From the IMG/VR virus record IMGVR_UViG_3300046777_002658, positions 32,001 through 96,000 of that record: a DNA stretch of 64,000 bases; one strand, written 5' to 3'. The notes below the pieces were generated by a model. It saw only the letters and a program-made list of their open reading frames with translations, was not told the origin of the DNA and did no database searches. The position numbers and the translations under genes are program-made. Shown here one piece after another: positions 44,624-54,412 of this stretch (position 1 is its first letter; each line of letters opens with the position of its first letter). The DNA is from a virus.

Positions 44624-44977
44624 GTGGATGGAATTGTCACACCAAAACTTACAATGAGAAAAACATCAGAAGAGTTGAAAGAAATAAGAAAACAGAAGAG
44701 AATAGCAGCCTGTCAAGCTGCTATAGAAAAATATAACAGGTTGGACAAACCTGTTTATGCTTACACCACAAGTTGTGGTGACCCGTGGGTTCCAGAAAAG
44801 GAAGTTGCCCTTCCCCTATATTGGGAGGAGGAACACAAGGAACTAAAGTTTTACACAGATTTTCTGTGGGGGATACTCAATGCTATTAACTATGAAATCC
44901 CTGACTGTGATTCTTCAACAGTAGTATTTAGGGAAAGAGGGGAGGGGGGAAAGATTGAAGAAATTATAACGGAGTGA
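44624..44977 (+). CDS. Hypothetical protein; probable start ATG 44654
   Basis: ATG 43 bp after a class II motif. Confidence 0.6.
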   Translation: MDGIVTPKLTMRKTSEELKEIRKQKRIAACQAAIEKYNRLDKPVYAYTTSCGDPWVPEKEVALPLYWEEEHKELKFYTDFLWGILNAINYEIPDCDSSTVVFRERGEGGKIEEIITE

Positions 44978-45058
44978 AGGAGGGGCTGGCGCGGGCTGGC
45001 TCTTTTTCTTCAAAAAAAGATAAGTGAATGAAATAATATTTTCTAAGGAGAAGCAATC

Positions 45059-45592
45059 ATGGCTATTTTAAACTTTAGAGGTCACACACAAGAAGTAGAG
45101 ACTCTTAACAACCAAGAGTTCACTGCTCCCGTTGTTAGAGTAGTAAACTCCAACAGTTACTGGTATAGAGCTTACTTAGAAGATGGCAGTATAGTTCAGT
45201 TCATACTTCCCCAAGTAGAAGACAGTTTTAAGTTTATAAACTGTCTTTTAAAATATAAAGGACATGAACTTCATGTCCTTCTCAAAGAGGAAGAGTTTCC
45301 TGACTCTTCGATAGTCTCCATCTCCTTTACTAAAAGATACTGCAAAGCAGTATATAAAAATGGAGAGGCAGTGGAGTTTAGGTTTTTCAAGTACGAAGAT
45401 TCTATCCCGTTTAGGGATAACTTTCCGCTTGAAAAATACAAAGCAGCCCTAGCTGCAAAAACAATGGTTGAGCAGGCTATCTTTGAATACCAAAAGGAGA
45501 TGGAAAAACTAGGAGCCGTGAACTGCTATGACTCGACAGAGTCGTGGTTAGAGATAGAAGATATTCCAGACTATGAGTGGAATCTCTTTTAA
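45059..45592 (+). CDS. Hypothetical protein
   Basis: 177 aa, AGGAG RBS, after a class II motif. Confidence 0.7.
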   Translation: MAILNFRGHTQEVETLNNQEFTAPVVRVVNSNSYWYRAYLEDGSIVQFILPQVEDSFKFINCLLKYKGHELHVLLKEEEFPDSSIVSISFTKRYCKAVYKNGEAVEFRFFKYEDSIPFRDNFPLEKYKAALAAKTMVEQAIFEYQKEMEKLGAVNCYDSTESWLEIEDIPDYEWNLF

Positions 45593-45702
45593 TCTGCGGA
45601 GTGCTGCAAGAACACCTTTTCTACCTATCTTCCATCACCAAGATAGGTAGAAGGCTTCCAGCCCTTTAAAGAAAAAAGATAAGTGAATGATAAGAAGAAG
45701 CA

Positions 45703-45963
45703 ATGATGTATAAACCTACAGCTTTTGAGAATGTAACTTATACATATACAGGTTATGACCTTGATGGTCAGCCTGTATATCAAAACGAACAGGGGGAGAG
45801 AACAACCCCCGAAGCTTTAATAGAGCAAGGGGCAACTGTGCCTCTTGGCAACACTGTTGTTCTAAAAGAACAACATGATGTCTGTGTCTACTGCGGCACA
45901 GACAACGGGCTCCACGGGGTTAGGAGGAGAGGCTACGAATGCTGCTCCTGCGGCAGTGCTTAA
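45703..45963 (+). CDS. Small zinc-ribbon protein
   Basis: CVYCG...CCSCGS C-terminal Cys pairs. Confidence 0.6.
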   Translation: MMYKPTAFENVTYTYTGYDLDGQPVYQNEQGERTTPEALIEQGATVPLGNTVVLKEQHDVCVYCGTDNGLHGVRRRGYECCSCGSA

Positions 45964-46005
45964 CCTCCCCTCCCTCTAACTCAACGTAAGGTAAAGGAAG
46001 AAATA

Positions 46006-46257
46006 ATGAACACTATCCGCGTGAAAGAAGAAAATTTATCATCTATTGTTCAAGGTTTACAAGAAGCTGGCTTTTCAGCCAAGGCTTCTAAATGCACCCC
46101 TCTGAGTCAGTGGGAGCATGATCAAAACTCTGATTATGACTTCGAGCATTGGACGTTCAATTCCCTCATTGGTATGAGGGGTATTGAAACCAATGCAAGT
46201 GGGAAGCAAGCCCACAAAGTCATTAAAGCCCTCAAAAAGGAGGGCAAAGCAAAATAA
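46006..46257 (+). CDS. Hypothetical small protein
   Basis: 83 aa, AAGGA RBS. Confidence 0.6.
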   Translation: MNTIRVKEENLSSIVQGLQEAGFSAKASKCTPLSQWEHDQNSDYDFEHWTFNSLIGMRGIETNASGKQAHKVIKALKKEGKAK

Positions 46258-46368
46258 TAAACATTGATTAGGGTTTAGGTAGTAGTTAGACCTCTTTAAC
46301 TACTACCTAAACCTTATTCTTTAGAAAAAAAAAGAATAGTGAGTGGAACTTATTAGTAAATTACAGCC

Positions 46369-47196
46369 ATGTCCATCAAGATAAAATTTCCCCAATTCTC
46401 ACACCACTCAGATGGCACTGTTTGGGTGCACCTTGATGGTGTGTATTGGCTAGACAAAAGTAACGAAAGATGGTTTGTATCGGGGGTTCACCCCCAAGGT
46501 ACCAACAGCCTTAGTTCTTGCAAAGGAGAGGTTGCCTCTCCGTTTTTCTTCAACCAGGAAACTGAAGAAGCTTTCCCTCTTTTCTTAGCTGCTATTGCGG
46601 CTAAGAAAGCAGAATTAAAAGCTTTCTCCCTCCAGACAGAGGGGATGGATAAGTTAGAAGCCATTAAGTTGGCAAGGGAACAGTTTGACATGAGTCTCAA
46701 AGAAGCCAAGGAATTGGTAGAAGGGTGCCCCAGAACTCGCTACTCTGTCACACCTCTCCCCGTAGAAGTTTTTCGGGTTGAGGAAAGCAACCACCCTACC
46801 GCAGAGGAGGATCAACTCTGCAGCGTGAAGGGTCTCTGGAGTGGGAAGATGACCCTTCCAGCTTCTCTACTGGCACAAGTAGAGGAACTGATTGATTGGC
46901 AAGAGCCGTTGCTTTCTGCAGACTTCGAGCCCTCCTTAGTCCAACTGTTGGACACAGGAGAATGCGTTGGAGAGACTGAAAAACTACTCCTGCGCTTCAA
47001 AGTTGATACAGAGGAGGAAACCACAAGCCTCTGTAGTTGGAAAATACGTGAAGAAGGAAAAGATTTGGCTCCTGACTTTTCCTGCCTGCGGGTAACCACG
47101 CTCGATGCAGCACCAGCCTTGTACTCTATGTACTTGGCAGGGAAAGCAGATGAAGCTGAACGTTGGAAACAGCGTTTAGCCCTATTAATCAAATAG
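46369..47196 (+). CDS. Protein containing a ribosomal bL12 C-terminal-like motif
   Basis: DKLEAIKLAREQFDMSLKEAKELVEGCP resembles the bL12 segment [27 protein letters not shown]. Confidence 0.55.
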   Translation: MSIKIKFPQFSHHSDGTVWVHLDGVYWLDKSNERWFVSGVHPQGTNSLSSCKGEVASPFFFNQETEEAFPLFLAAIAAKKAELKAFSLQTEGMDKLEAIKLAREQFDMSLKEAKELVEGCPRTRYSVTPLPVEVFRVEESNHPTAEEDQLCSVKGLWSGKMTLPASLLAQVEELIDWQEPLLSADFEPSLVQLLDTGECVGETEKLLLRFKVDTEEETTSLCSWKIREEGKDLAPDFSCLRVTTLDAAPALYSMYLAGKADEAERWKQRLALLIK

Positions 47197-47262
47197 ATAT
47201 TAAGGGGAGGGGGGGGCTATCCCCCTTTTTCTTATAAAAAAGATAAGTCAGGGAGAAAGTCA

Positions 47263-47484
47263 ATGAGGCTGAACAAGAATAAACAACCTTCCCATATTGA
47301 GAAAGTGTTATCAGCTTTAGAAAGTCAGACTCATGGTGCTACAAGAGAGCACTTGAGAGTAATAACTGACCTTCCTAATGATGTTGTTGAAAGAAGATTA
47401 AAAGAGCTCGTTGAGCAAGGAGAGGTTGAGTTAATCAAACGCCCGGGCAGGAAAGGCTACCTTTATCTTAAAAAAGAAGAGTGA
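47263..47484 (+). CDS. Small winged-helix DNA-binding protein
   Basis: GATREHLRVITDLPNDVVERRLKELVEQGEVELIKRPGRKGYLY fits a wHTH. Confidence 0.6.
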   Translation: MRLNKNKQPSHIEKVLSALESQTHGATREHLRVITDLPNDVVERRLKELVEQGEVELIKRPGRKGYLYLKKEE

Positions 47485-47511
47485 AGGGAATTTTGTTAAA
47501 GAGAGGGAAGC

Positions 47512-47763
47512 ATGGAAATAGTAGTAATTCTAAAGAAAATTGGCAAGCACAGCGAAGTGCAGCCAATAGTATTCTTTGACCCAGCAGAGGGTCATAAATA
47601 CTGGGAAGAGATTAAAGCAGACTTCTTACGGGACGAAGACAGTCGTTATTACGACTGTGAGCTCTGGCAAGGAAAGCCAGACTCTCTGAGAAGGATAGAA
47701 TACTTACAGGGGGCTTATAACATTAAAAGACTGGTCAACCTATCAAGGCAACCAGTCTTTTAA
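47512..47763 (+). CDS. Hypothetical small protein
   Basis: 83 aa, 42 bp after a class II motif. Confidence 0.6.
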   Translation: MEIVVILKKIGKHSEVQPIVFFDPAEGHKYWEEIKADFLRDEDSRYYDCELWQGKPDSLRRIEYLQGAYNIKRLVNLSRQPVF

Positions 47764-47784
47764 TTTAAAAAAGTATAGAGTAGC

Positions 47785-48597
47785 TTACAGGGCAAAGCTC
47801 TCTTCTAAGGAAAGCAGCCGGCGCAGTCTTATGATTTCTTGATTAGATTCTTGAAGCATTACTCTTTCACTCTTAAAATGCTTGCATCTAAGGCGCAGTC
47901 TTATGATTTCTTGATTAGATTCTTGAAGCTTATCACTAAGTTCTTCTAGTTTATATGTTAGCTCATCAACCTTCTTTTCCAACTGAGCATAGGTTGGCTT
48001 GCTAGTCCTTTCTTGTTGAGCAGCTAGTTCTTCTCTCTCTTTAAAGTAGAGATGATGATCTAGTTCTTTAAGGTTATAGCCTGCTTCCCTCTTTTTAATG
48101 CCCCAAGTGATAATCTTGAGAGTAATCTGCAGTCTATAGCAAGCTTCGCTTTCTTGTAGCTTTAAGTCTTCTACTATATCCCAATTTTCTGCCAGCCTCA
48201 TGTAGTTCCAAGCCTGCGATCGCTTCAGACTAGCATTAGAGTTCTTACCATAAAAGGTTTGAAGATAGTGCTCAAAAGAGTTAAACACCCCTATGTCTGA
48301 GACAATAGGTTTCTCTTTTGAAGCACCCCGCAGAGCTTCTCTTATCTTTATCAGAAACTCACCAGAGTTCTTATAGTGAGTAAGGCTTTTAAAGCGATAG
48401 CTCTGGGATGTCTCATAAGCTTCCTTAGCAACTAGAAGTTCATTCATGCTGGCATTGTGATAAGATAGTAGGTATACGGAAGGCACCGGCTCATCCATAA
48501 ATTCTAACTCTTCGATGAAAAAGTCGTTCGTATCAATCATAATAAACCTTTGGTACTTTTGATAGGTAGTCCATTTCGCTGGACTACCTATTTCCAT
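47785..48597 (-). CDS. DUF3102-like putative DNA-binding coiled-coil protein (paralog of 54488-55123); probable start ATG 48540
   Basis: SQAWNYMRLAENWDIVEDLKL...ELDHHLYF shared with the paralog; 38-bp direct repeat at 47820-47857 and 47892-47929. Confidence 0.55.
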   Translation of the reverse strand: MEIGSPAKWTTYQKYQRFIMIDTNDFFIEELEFMDEPVPSVYLLSYHNASMNELLVAKEAYETSQSYRFKSLTHYKNSGEFLIKIREALRGASKEKPIVSDIGVFNSFEHYLQTFYGKNSNASLKRSQAWNYMRLAENWDIVEDLKLQESEACYRLQITLKIITWGIKKREAGYNLKELDHHLYFKEREELAAQQERTSKPTYAQLEKKVDELTYKLEELSDKLQESNQEIIRLRLRCKHFKSERVMLQESNQEIIRLRRLLSLEESFAL

Positions 48598-49563
48598 ATT
48601 AACAGCTTATTAGCAGAAGTGTGTGCGATCGCTCTTTCAAAGAAAAAAAGAAGAGTGAGTGAAGTTATTTGTTGTTTAAGGGGGATTACCGTGGAATTAC
48701 TTAAAAGAAAATTTGAGAGCTTTGAAGATGCTAACTACTGGGTAGCTGGCTTGTCTAAAGCCATCAACACTACCTATATTCCTAGTGGTAATAGCATAGA
48801 GGAAGTGTATGCTTCCTTCCTGAAGATACAACTGGGTCGGAGCTTCAACCATAACTGTGGGTTTGGCTCTGCTAACCTTGAGATGGTATTCAACGAGGGT
48901 GCCATGACCTTTCACTACTCCAGCACGTCTGGTACGTATGTCTTCTTGCAGTATTGCTTCTCCGACAAGATGGAGTTTAAGGGTGGAAGCGTCGAGTGTT
49001 CCATACCAGACCACAGAGTAGGCGGACAGCACTATGAGTTAATCACTCAACTCATCTATGACTACAAGTGGTCTAAAGATGGTGAGGTAGTTGTTCCCTT
49101 AGAGCTAATAAGCTTGAACCCTGAAGGTACAGAGTTTCCAACTCCTACTTGGGTTCTGGATGACTTAGCTAACCGAAGAGCTCAGAACAACCCAGAAGAG
49201 CGGGATGCTCAACTGCTGGAGTTTGGTTACACTCCTGTAGCTAAACCTATAGGCTTTGAGAGAGCCTGGGAGAATCCTAACCCTGAAGTCTATTATCCTT
49301 ATATAGTTCTCTCTGAGCAGTACAGTCATAACAGCAAGAACTACTTCATTCTGAGGGAGGGTAGTTGTGTGGAGCGTGACTACTCTGTCTCCTATAGGAG
49401 ACTACTGGAGATTCTGGCTGAACCTCCTAAAGAGAGCCGCCGAGCTCGCAGGACTAGAAGGTCAAAGTCAGAGGAAGTGGTAGAAGTAGAAGTAGAAGAC
49501 TACGACTACGACTACGACTACAACTATGAAGAGTCTGAATACACTGACGAGGATGAGAGTTAA
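48550..49563 (+). CDS. Hypothetical protein with acidic tail; probable start GTG 48691
   Basis: GTG 48 bp after a class II motif; (DY)n acidic C-terminus. Confidence 0.65.
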   Translation: MVLLIGSPFRWTTYFHINSLLAEVCAIALSKKKRRVSEVICCLRGITVELLKRKFESFEDANYWVAGLSKAINTTYIPSGNSIEEVYASFLKIQLGRSFNHNCGFGSANLEMVFNEGAMTFHYSSTSGTYVFLQYCFSDKMEFKGGSVECSIPDHRVGGQHYELITQLIYDYKWSKDGEVVVPLELISLNPEGTEFPTPTWVLDDLANRRAQNNPEERDAQLLEFGYTPVAKPIGFERAWENPNPEVYYPYIVLSEQYSHNSKNYFILREGSCVERDYSVSYRRLLEILAEPPKESRRARRTRRSKSEEVVEVEVEDYDYDYDYNYEESEYTDEDES

Positions 49564-49626
49564 GGTAAGGAGGGGGCATCAAGCCCCCCTTTTCTTAAGG
49601 AAAAAAGAATAGAGTGTGTATAAACT

Positions 49627-50148
49627 ATGCTTGTGAAAAGAGAAATGATTGAACAATTAAAGCTAACTCTTCCTGTACATCTGTATGGTGTAGGTAAAGC
49701 TAAGTCTTTTGAAGGGCTCCTGAAAGAAATAGAAGACGGGGAGACCCAGATGGTCTTTGAAAACGACCTGCCAGTCAGACTAATCCAGGTTGCTAGAGTA
49801 TATGTCTTCCACAAAGACCAACAGCTTGTAGAAAGCAAGCAGACCATCAAGGGTCAGGGAGATAGACTCAGAAACCTTGAATGTGTTTCTGAGAAGTTTA
49901 AGTTATCAGAGTCTGCTCTAGATGCAGCGTGTCGTGGCATTCAGGAGGAGTTGGGAGTGAGCGTGTCATATTCTGAATTACAGTTTTTAGGTAAAAAGAC
50001 AGGGGAGCGGGTGAGTCCCAGCTATCCAGGATTGATGACCCGGTATGATTTCTTTGACTTCAAGTGGGATATGCCAGAACGGCTTTACAAGTCTGAAGGG
50101 TATATAGCTGACGAAGGGGATTGTATAACCTTTTTTAACTGGAAGTAG
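49627..50148 (+). CDS. Nudix-fold hydrolase-like protein
   Basis: ESALDAACRGIQEELGV is a degenerate Nudix box. Confidence 0.6.
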   Translation: MLVKREMIEQLKLTLPVHLYGVGKAKSFEGLLKEIEDGETQMVFENDLPVRLIQVARVYVFHKDQQLVESKQTIKGQGDRLRNLECVSEKFKLSESALDAACRGIQEELGVSVSYSELQFLGKKTGERVSPSYPGLMTRYDFFDFKWDMPERLYKSEGYIADEGDCITFFNWK

Positions 50149-50196
50149 GCGGAAGGGGCTTGATGCCCCTTTTCTTAAAGAAAAAAAGAATAGCGT

Positions 50197-50661
50197 ATGA
50201 AAGTGTTTACCACTATTAATCCTATGAACGTTACCTACGAACTCACCCTCCTAAACTCAATAGTAACCAACCAAGCTAAGGAGCTAGAGCTCCTTAGACA
50301 ACAGATAGAAGAAATGTCTACACCAAAGTCTCATGACTACAGTAAGTGTTGGAAGACAAAGGATGGCAAATTGCTCTCCTACTGTGAGATGACCGACTAC
50401 CACTTGTTCTGTGCTATCCAGAAAGTGTGGTCTACAAGTCCATCAGTAGCTCCTCTGTTAAAAGAGGCACAAGCTAGATGGCACAGCATCCTTATTGACG
50501 AGACAGACAAAAACAGAAGTTGTTTAGAGTTTAGTGGAGACTTTAGAATCTCAGACCTTTTGTCAACAGAATACGTTTTCTCTCCTTTAAGAAGGAAAGC
50601 TATCTTGCTGGCTTATAAAAGCCTAAGGCAAGCCGGGGTGGATGTGGCTTTGACTATCTAG
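50197..50661 (+). CDS. Hypothetical protein
   Basis: 154 aa after a class II motif; WKTKDGKLLSYCEMTDYHL segment. Confidence 0.65.
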   Translation: MKVFTTINPMNVTYELTLLNSIVTNQAKELELLRQQIEEMSTPKSHDYSKCWKTKDGKLLSYCEMTDYHLFCAIQKVWSTSPSVAPLLKEAQARWHSILIDETDKNRSCLEFSGDFRISDLLSTEYVFSPLRRKAILLAYKSLRQAGVDVALTI

Positions 50662-50727
50662 AAGCGGTGTAGGTAGAGGGTTTACGCTCACCTACTCTTA
50701 ACCTTTTCCTTTCTAGTAAATTGTAAA

Positions 50728-50991
50728 ATGACAACAACTTATAAGCTATGCCAAGCAGTTGGCACTTACAGCATTGACTCTTACTTGCATGAGTCAATCA
50801 AGCTCAATCCTGGTAAACCTCATTACCTGAGGGTGAGCCTGACATCCACTGCCTATAGAAATGTAGTGACAGTGATTAGAGTTAAAGTAGATTCTATGAA
50901 GAGTCTACATGGGAAAATCATTAACTTGAGAGCACTATACCAAAAGAAATGGGGTGTCCCCCCGGATGAGGTGGTAGTAAGCCGGGGTTAG
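50728..50991 (+). CDS. Hypothetical small protein
   Basis: 87-aa co-oriented ORF. Confidence 0.55.
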   Translation: MTTTYKLCQAVGTYSIDSYLHESIKLNPGKPHYLRVSLTSTAYRNVVTVIRVKVDSMKSLHGKIINLRALYQKKWGVPPDEVVVSRG

Positions 50992-51049
50992 TGACGAACA
51001 GTTCGTCAAGAGAGCATTAAGCCTCTCTTCATGGAAAAAAGAATAGTGG

Positions 51050-51610
51050 GTGAGTTTCAAGTACACAACTGCTGCAGCAGTTTTAACCATGCCTTATATT
51101 CATATCAAGATATCAGACAACGTGGCAGCTCTCCTAGAGGAAGCTAGATCCACTGGTAGTGGATTTGAGTTCAAGTCCAACTTACATGGGTTAGACATAC
51201 AGGTCAGCCCAGGAGTAAAACCTACCCTCACAGGTTCTTTCAGCAACTTTAAGGTTGTTGCCGAACCACAAATAGTAGTAGAGGACAGAGTGCTCATAGA
51301 ACAACCTCCAGAACAACCACAACCCTCTAACGTTGTTTCTATCAAGCTACCTCACAGCAAAGAAGCAGAAATAGAGAATCGCAGGAATCTGTTAGTAGCT
51401 TTACTACAGAGGGGTTACCGACCAGGTATGACTCAAGCAGAAATAAGGGAGCTAATGCTCCAAGACTGCGGGGTTGAGTGTTCAGTTACTACTGTAAACA
51501 ATGATCTTAATGAACTCAAGAAAAGAGGCACAATCACCTCTTATACCGAGCGGGGCGTGGGCATAGTTTATAAAGTAGTGGAGCCCCCAACTAAAGCTTT
51601 ACCTTTTTAG
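51050..51610 (+). CDS. Protein with C-terminal winged HTH; probable start ATG 51089
   Basis: MTQAEIRELM...CSVTTVNNDLNELKKRGTI resembles DeoR/ArgR-type wHTH. Confidence 0.6.
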   Translation: MSFKYTTAAAVLTMPYIHIKISDNVAALLEEARSTGSGFEFKSNLHGLDIQVSPGVKPTLTGSFSNFKVVAEPQIVVEDRVLIEQPPEQPQPSNVVSIKLPHSKEAEIENRRNLLVALLQRGYRPGMTQAEIRELMLQDCGVECSVTTVNNDLNELKKRGTITSYTERGVGIVYKVVEPPTKALPF

Positions 51611-51808
51611 GGTAATCAAGGGAGTGTAACAGCTCCCTATCTCTTTAAAAGAAAAAAAGAATAGGGAATGAGTATAAAACTCTCTCTGTGTACTGGGTAG
51701 TTATTTCAGAAATAACTACCCATTTTTTATATCATCTGCTGATCGTTTTTATAAGAAAAAAGAATAGTGGATGAATTAGTAAACACTCAACAATCTTTAA
51801 GGTAAAAA

Positions 51809-52558
51809 ATGACTACTAACACAAGCACCGCTTCCTCTTCCTCTTTAGACCAAGCTGAATACTCTCCGCTAGAATTTGTAGCTATGCTACAGAACGATCC
51901 TCAAAGGGCACACTTGGTACATCAAATTCCAGAGATATTCTTTCAGCAGGCAAAGGCAAACTGCTCAACGTTCATAATCACCCCCGATATGATTGCTGAC
52001 CGTCTGCTGAACATTCAAGTAGCAGAACCCTTAGTGGAAGGAGACTCAGCAGTCAACATCAAACTGCGCCTTGTAGCTAGAGTAGATGAGCACTTCAACT
52101 TTATTCCTTTAGCCAAACAGGGTGAAGCTGATGAAAACGAGGACATTCCTTCAGCTTGGCTAAAAGGATTCAACTCTACTTTTATATCTTTAAACAACTC
52201 TTCTGTTAAAGCAGGACTTTTAACAGACAGAGAGTTGAAGTCTCTTGTAAACCACGCTGAGTTTTACGAGACCATTCCATTGGATGAAACAGGTCTCAGG
52301 TCTGCTTACTACAAAGACCCAAAGTACAAAAAAAACAAAATGAACCTCTCTGGAGTAGAAGGAGCAGAGGGTCAGTTCCAGTTCTTAATGGAAGTAAGAC
52401 AAAAAGGTAATAATGCCGGGGAGGAAACTCTTGGCATTGTTGTTAAGTTCTGGACTCCGGGAGCGTTTAAGTTCCTCGGTGGTGGTAATGCACGGGTAGT
52501 CTCCCTTAATGCTGTAACACCTGCCACTGGTTGGACATATAAATCTGCTAAGAAATAA
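51809..52558 (+). CDS. Hypothetical protein
   Basis: 249 aa, AAGGT RBS, after a class II motif; no family recognised. Confidence 0.7.
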   Translation: MTTNTSTASSSSLDQAEYSPLEFVAMLQNDPQRAHLVHQIPEIFFQQAKANCSTFIITPDMIADRLLNIQVAEPLVEGDSAVNIKLRLVARVDEHFNFIPLAKQGEADENEDIPSAWLKGFNSTFISLNNSSVKAGLLTDRELKSLVNHAEFYETIPLDETGLRSAYYKDPKYKKNKMNLSGVEGAEGQFQFLMEVRQKGNNAGEETLGIVVKFWTPGAFKFLGGGNARVVSLNAVTPATGWTYKSAKK

Positions 52559-52678
52559 TCCTGTTAGACCTGGTTCACTAAACCAGGTCTGACTTTCTTT
52601 CTTCTCTCTCAACTAACTCTTTTAAATAAGAAAAAAGAACAGAGAAGGATTACCTTATAAGTACCAAAGGCAAATCCC

Positions 52679-53302
52679 ATGTCTGATCGAATCTTGCATC
52701 GTGGTTGGGTTAAGTCTATACGTGAGCTCAAGTCCCATAAAGTAGAGCTTGCTATCAAGTCTAAGTACCCAGCCATCCCTATTATAGGTCTGTTAGCAGT
52801 CCACCTAGCAGTAGAGTGGTTCAGACCAACTGACTGTGTTGAATACAGAAGAGCATCGGAGTTAAAAGACGAAAAGCTAGGTCAGAGCTTTGATGACTTA
52901 ACTGTAGAGTTAGTCATTCCGGTGCTAGAGAGACTGGCTGGTGATCGCTGGTTGGTATGGTTTCCTAATGTAGAAGTAGAGCTTTCAACAGCTCCTACAG
53001 AGATAACTATAGAGCATGACAACCTGGAGTTAAAGTACAAGTGGAGTAAGTACAAACAAGACTATCTTCGCACTGCTAAACCAGAGCTGGGGGGGCGCAT
53101 CCTGTTCTTCCCACCTAGTGAGGTTTCCTTACACTCTATCTTAGAGCAGCCAGCTCAACTGGGAGCTAACGTGGCTGACATTCCTTTTGTGTACCCAAGT
53201 GATGATGAAGAGGACATAGCTAGGAATGCTGAGAGAGAGGAAAAAGACTACTTCTCCAGAGAGATTAGTGCGACAGAGGCTTGGGAGTTAGTGCGCTCTT
53301 AG
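52679..53302 (+). CDS. Hypothetical protein
   Basis: 207 aa, 48 bp after a class II variant. Confidence 0.65.
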   Translation: MSDRILHRGWVKSIRELKSHKVELAIKSKYPAIPIIGLLAVHLAVEWFRPTDCVEYRRASELKDEKLGQSFDDLTVELVIPVLERLAGDRWLVWFPNVEVELSTAPTEITIEHDNLELKYKWSKYKQDYLRTAKPELGGRILFFPPSEVSLHSILEQPAQLGANVADIPFVYPSDDEEDIARNAEREEKDYFSREISATEAWELVRS

Positions 53303-53336
53303 TGGGGTACACTAAATCTAGTAAATCTAGAGAGCT

Positions 53337-53696
53337 ATGCACCCCATAAAGATAATAGGGTTGTTATTTGCAGCCCTAACCACTCCAGCCCTTGCTTGGG
53401 TGAGTGTCGGTCTAGGCAGTGGTGTTTACCCATTAGTGAAGCATTCTGCCTACCCCGCTCCAGGAACTTATACTCTCAAAACCAAAGTATTAGGGTTCTG
53501 CGGGGGTAAAGATTATATAACGTTCTCCTACAAATTCTCGAAGGAGAACTGTGTGGTTGTCTTCTTGTCAGATGATGAAAGGTTGAGAGTAGAAGACCCT
53601 CGCAACTTGTTAACCCACCAAGACCAGAAAGGTCAAGCCACCCTAGCAGTTGATGGGTTTAACAGACCCACATTGGTGGGGTGGAGTAATGAGTGA
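53337..53696 (+). CDS. Putative exported protein
   Basis: MHPIKIIGLLFAALTTPALA-W resembles a Sec signal peptide with an AxA cleavage site. Confidence 0.55.
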   Translation: MHPIKIIGLLFAALTTPALAWVSVGLGSGVYPLVKHSAYPAPGTYTLKTKVLGFCGGKDYITFSYKFSKENCVVVFLSDDERLRVEDPRNLLTHQDQKGQATLAVDGFNRPTLVGWSNE

Positions 53697-54174
53697 GGAG
53701 CAACCGCCATCCACTAGAGAAAGTATAGTAAGGTGCTGCTTTGGTATGTTCTTACTTACTGTCAGTCTGCATGGTGTAGCAGGTGAGTTTCCCAACCCAC
53801 TACCAACTCTAGCAAGTGACTGGATGCCAAAGCCCATAGAACAACCTAGAATAGGGTTCTACAAGTACATCAAAGTCCTCGGCTCAGGTGATCGCTATTA
53901 CCTTCTCAACCTAAATACAGATAGGGGAGTTGTCAAGAACGTTAGAGCAACTTTAATGCCGGGTAGCTACTGGAAGAATGTTACTATTAACTCAGAAGGT
54001 AGAGTAACCCGTAAGGAGCTATCAAAGTCTAGAGACACAGGCTGCCTTGAGAGGGCTGTTATTATGCGAAGGTCTGGCATAGTAAGCGTAGGTGGTATAC
54101 AAGTGACTGACGCGCAAGGGAACTTCTACGGGAATGTTGATTTAGTTAATTGTGAGAAGAAGGAAGTGGAGTAA
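53650..54174 (+). CDS. Putative exported or membrane-anchored protein
   Basis: Hydrophobic N-terminal segment CCFGMFLLTVSLHGVAG. Confidence 0.5.
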   Translation: MMGLTDPHWWGGVMSEEQPPSTRESIVRCCFGMFLLTVSLHGVAGEFPNPLPTLASDWMPKPIEQPRIGFYKYIKVLGSGDRYYLLNLNTDRGVVKNVRATLMPGSYWKNVTINSEGRVTRKELSKSRDTGCLERAVIMRRSGIVSVGGIQVTDAQGNFYGNVDLVNCEKKEVE

Positions 54175-54412
54175 CACTATGAAAATAACAGTCAGCATAG
54201 AGATTGATGCAGAAGACGCTGGACACCTTATTGCTTTTGCTCACTTGTTATCAGATTGGGAGGAAGCAATAGACAATCAGATGGATGATGTTCTGAAAGC
54301 TTTCTGTTATGCCTCAGACCATCTAGTAGGTATAGAGAATAAAGAGATAGAAATGAAATGTAGTGAGCAGCAAGCTAACAGGTACAAGAAGCTTTTAGAG
54401 AAGTTAAGGTAA
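54152..54412 (+). CDS. Hypothetical small protein; probable start ATG 54179
   Basis: Coupled to the upstream gene; followed by a hairpin at about 54420-54452. Confidence 0.55.
   Translation: MRRRKWSNTMKITVSIEIDAEDAGHLIAFAHLLSDWEEAIDNQMDDVLKAFCYASDHLVGIENKEIEMKCSEQQANRYKKLLEKLR

Noticed and set aside
51809-52558. Single-stranded DNA-binding protein call
   Set aside because: Size and beta-rich character are suggestive, but there is no acidic tail or recognisable motif, so it is left hypothetical.
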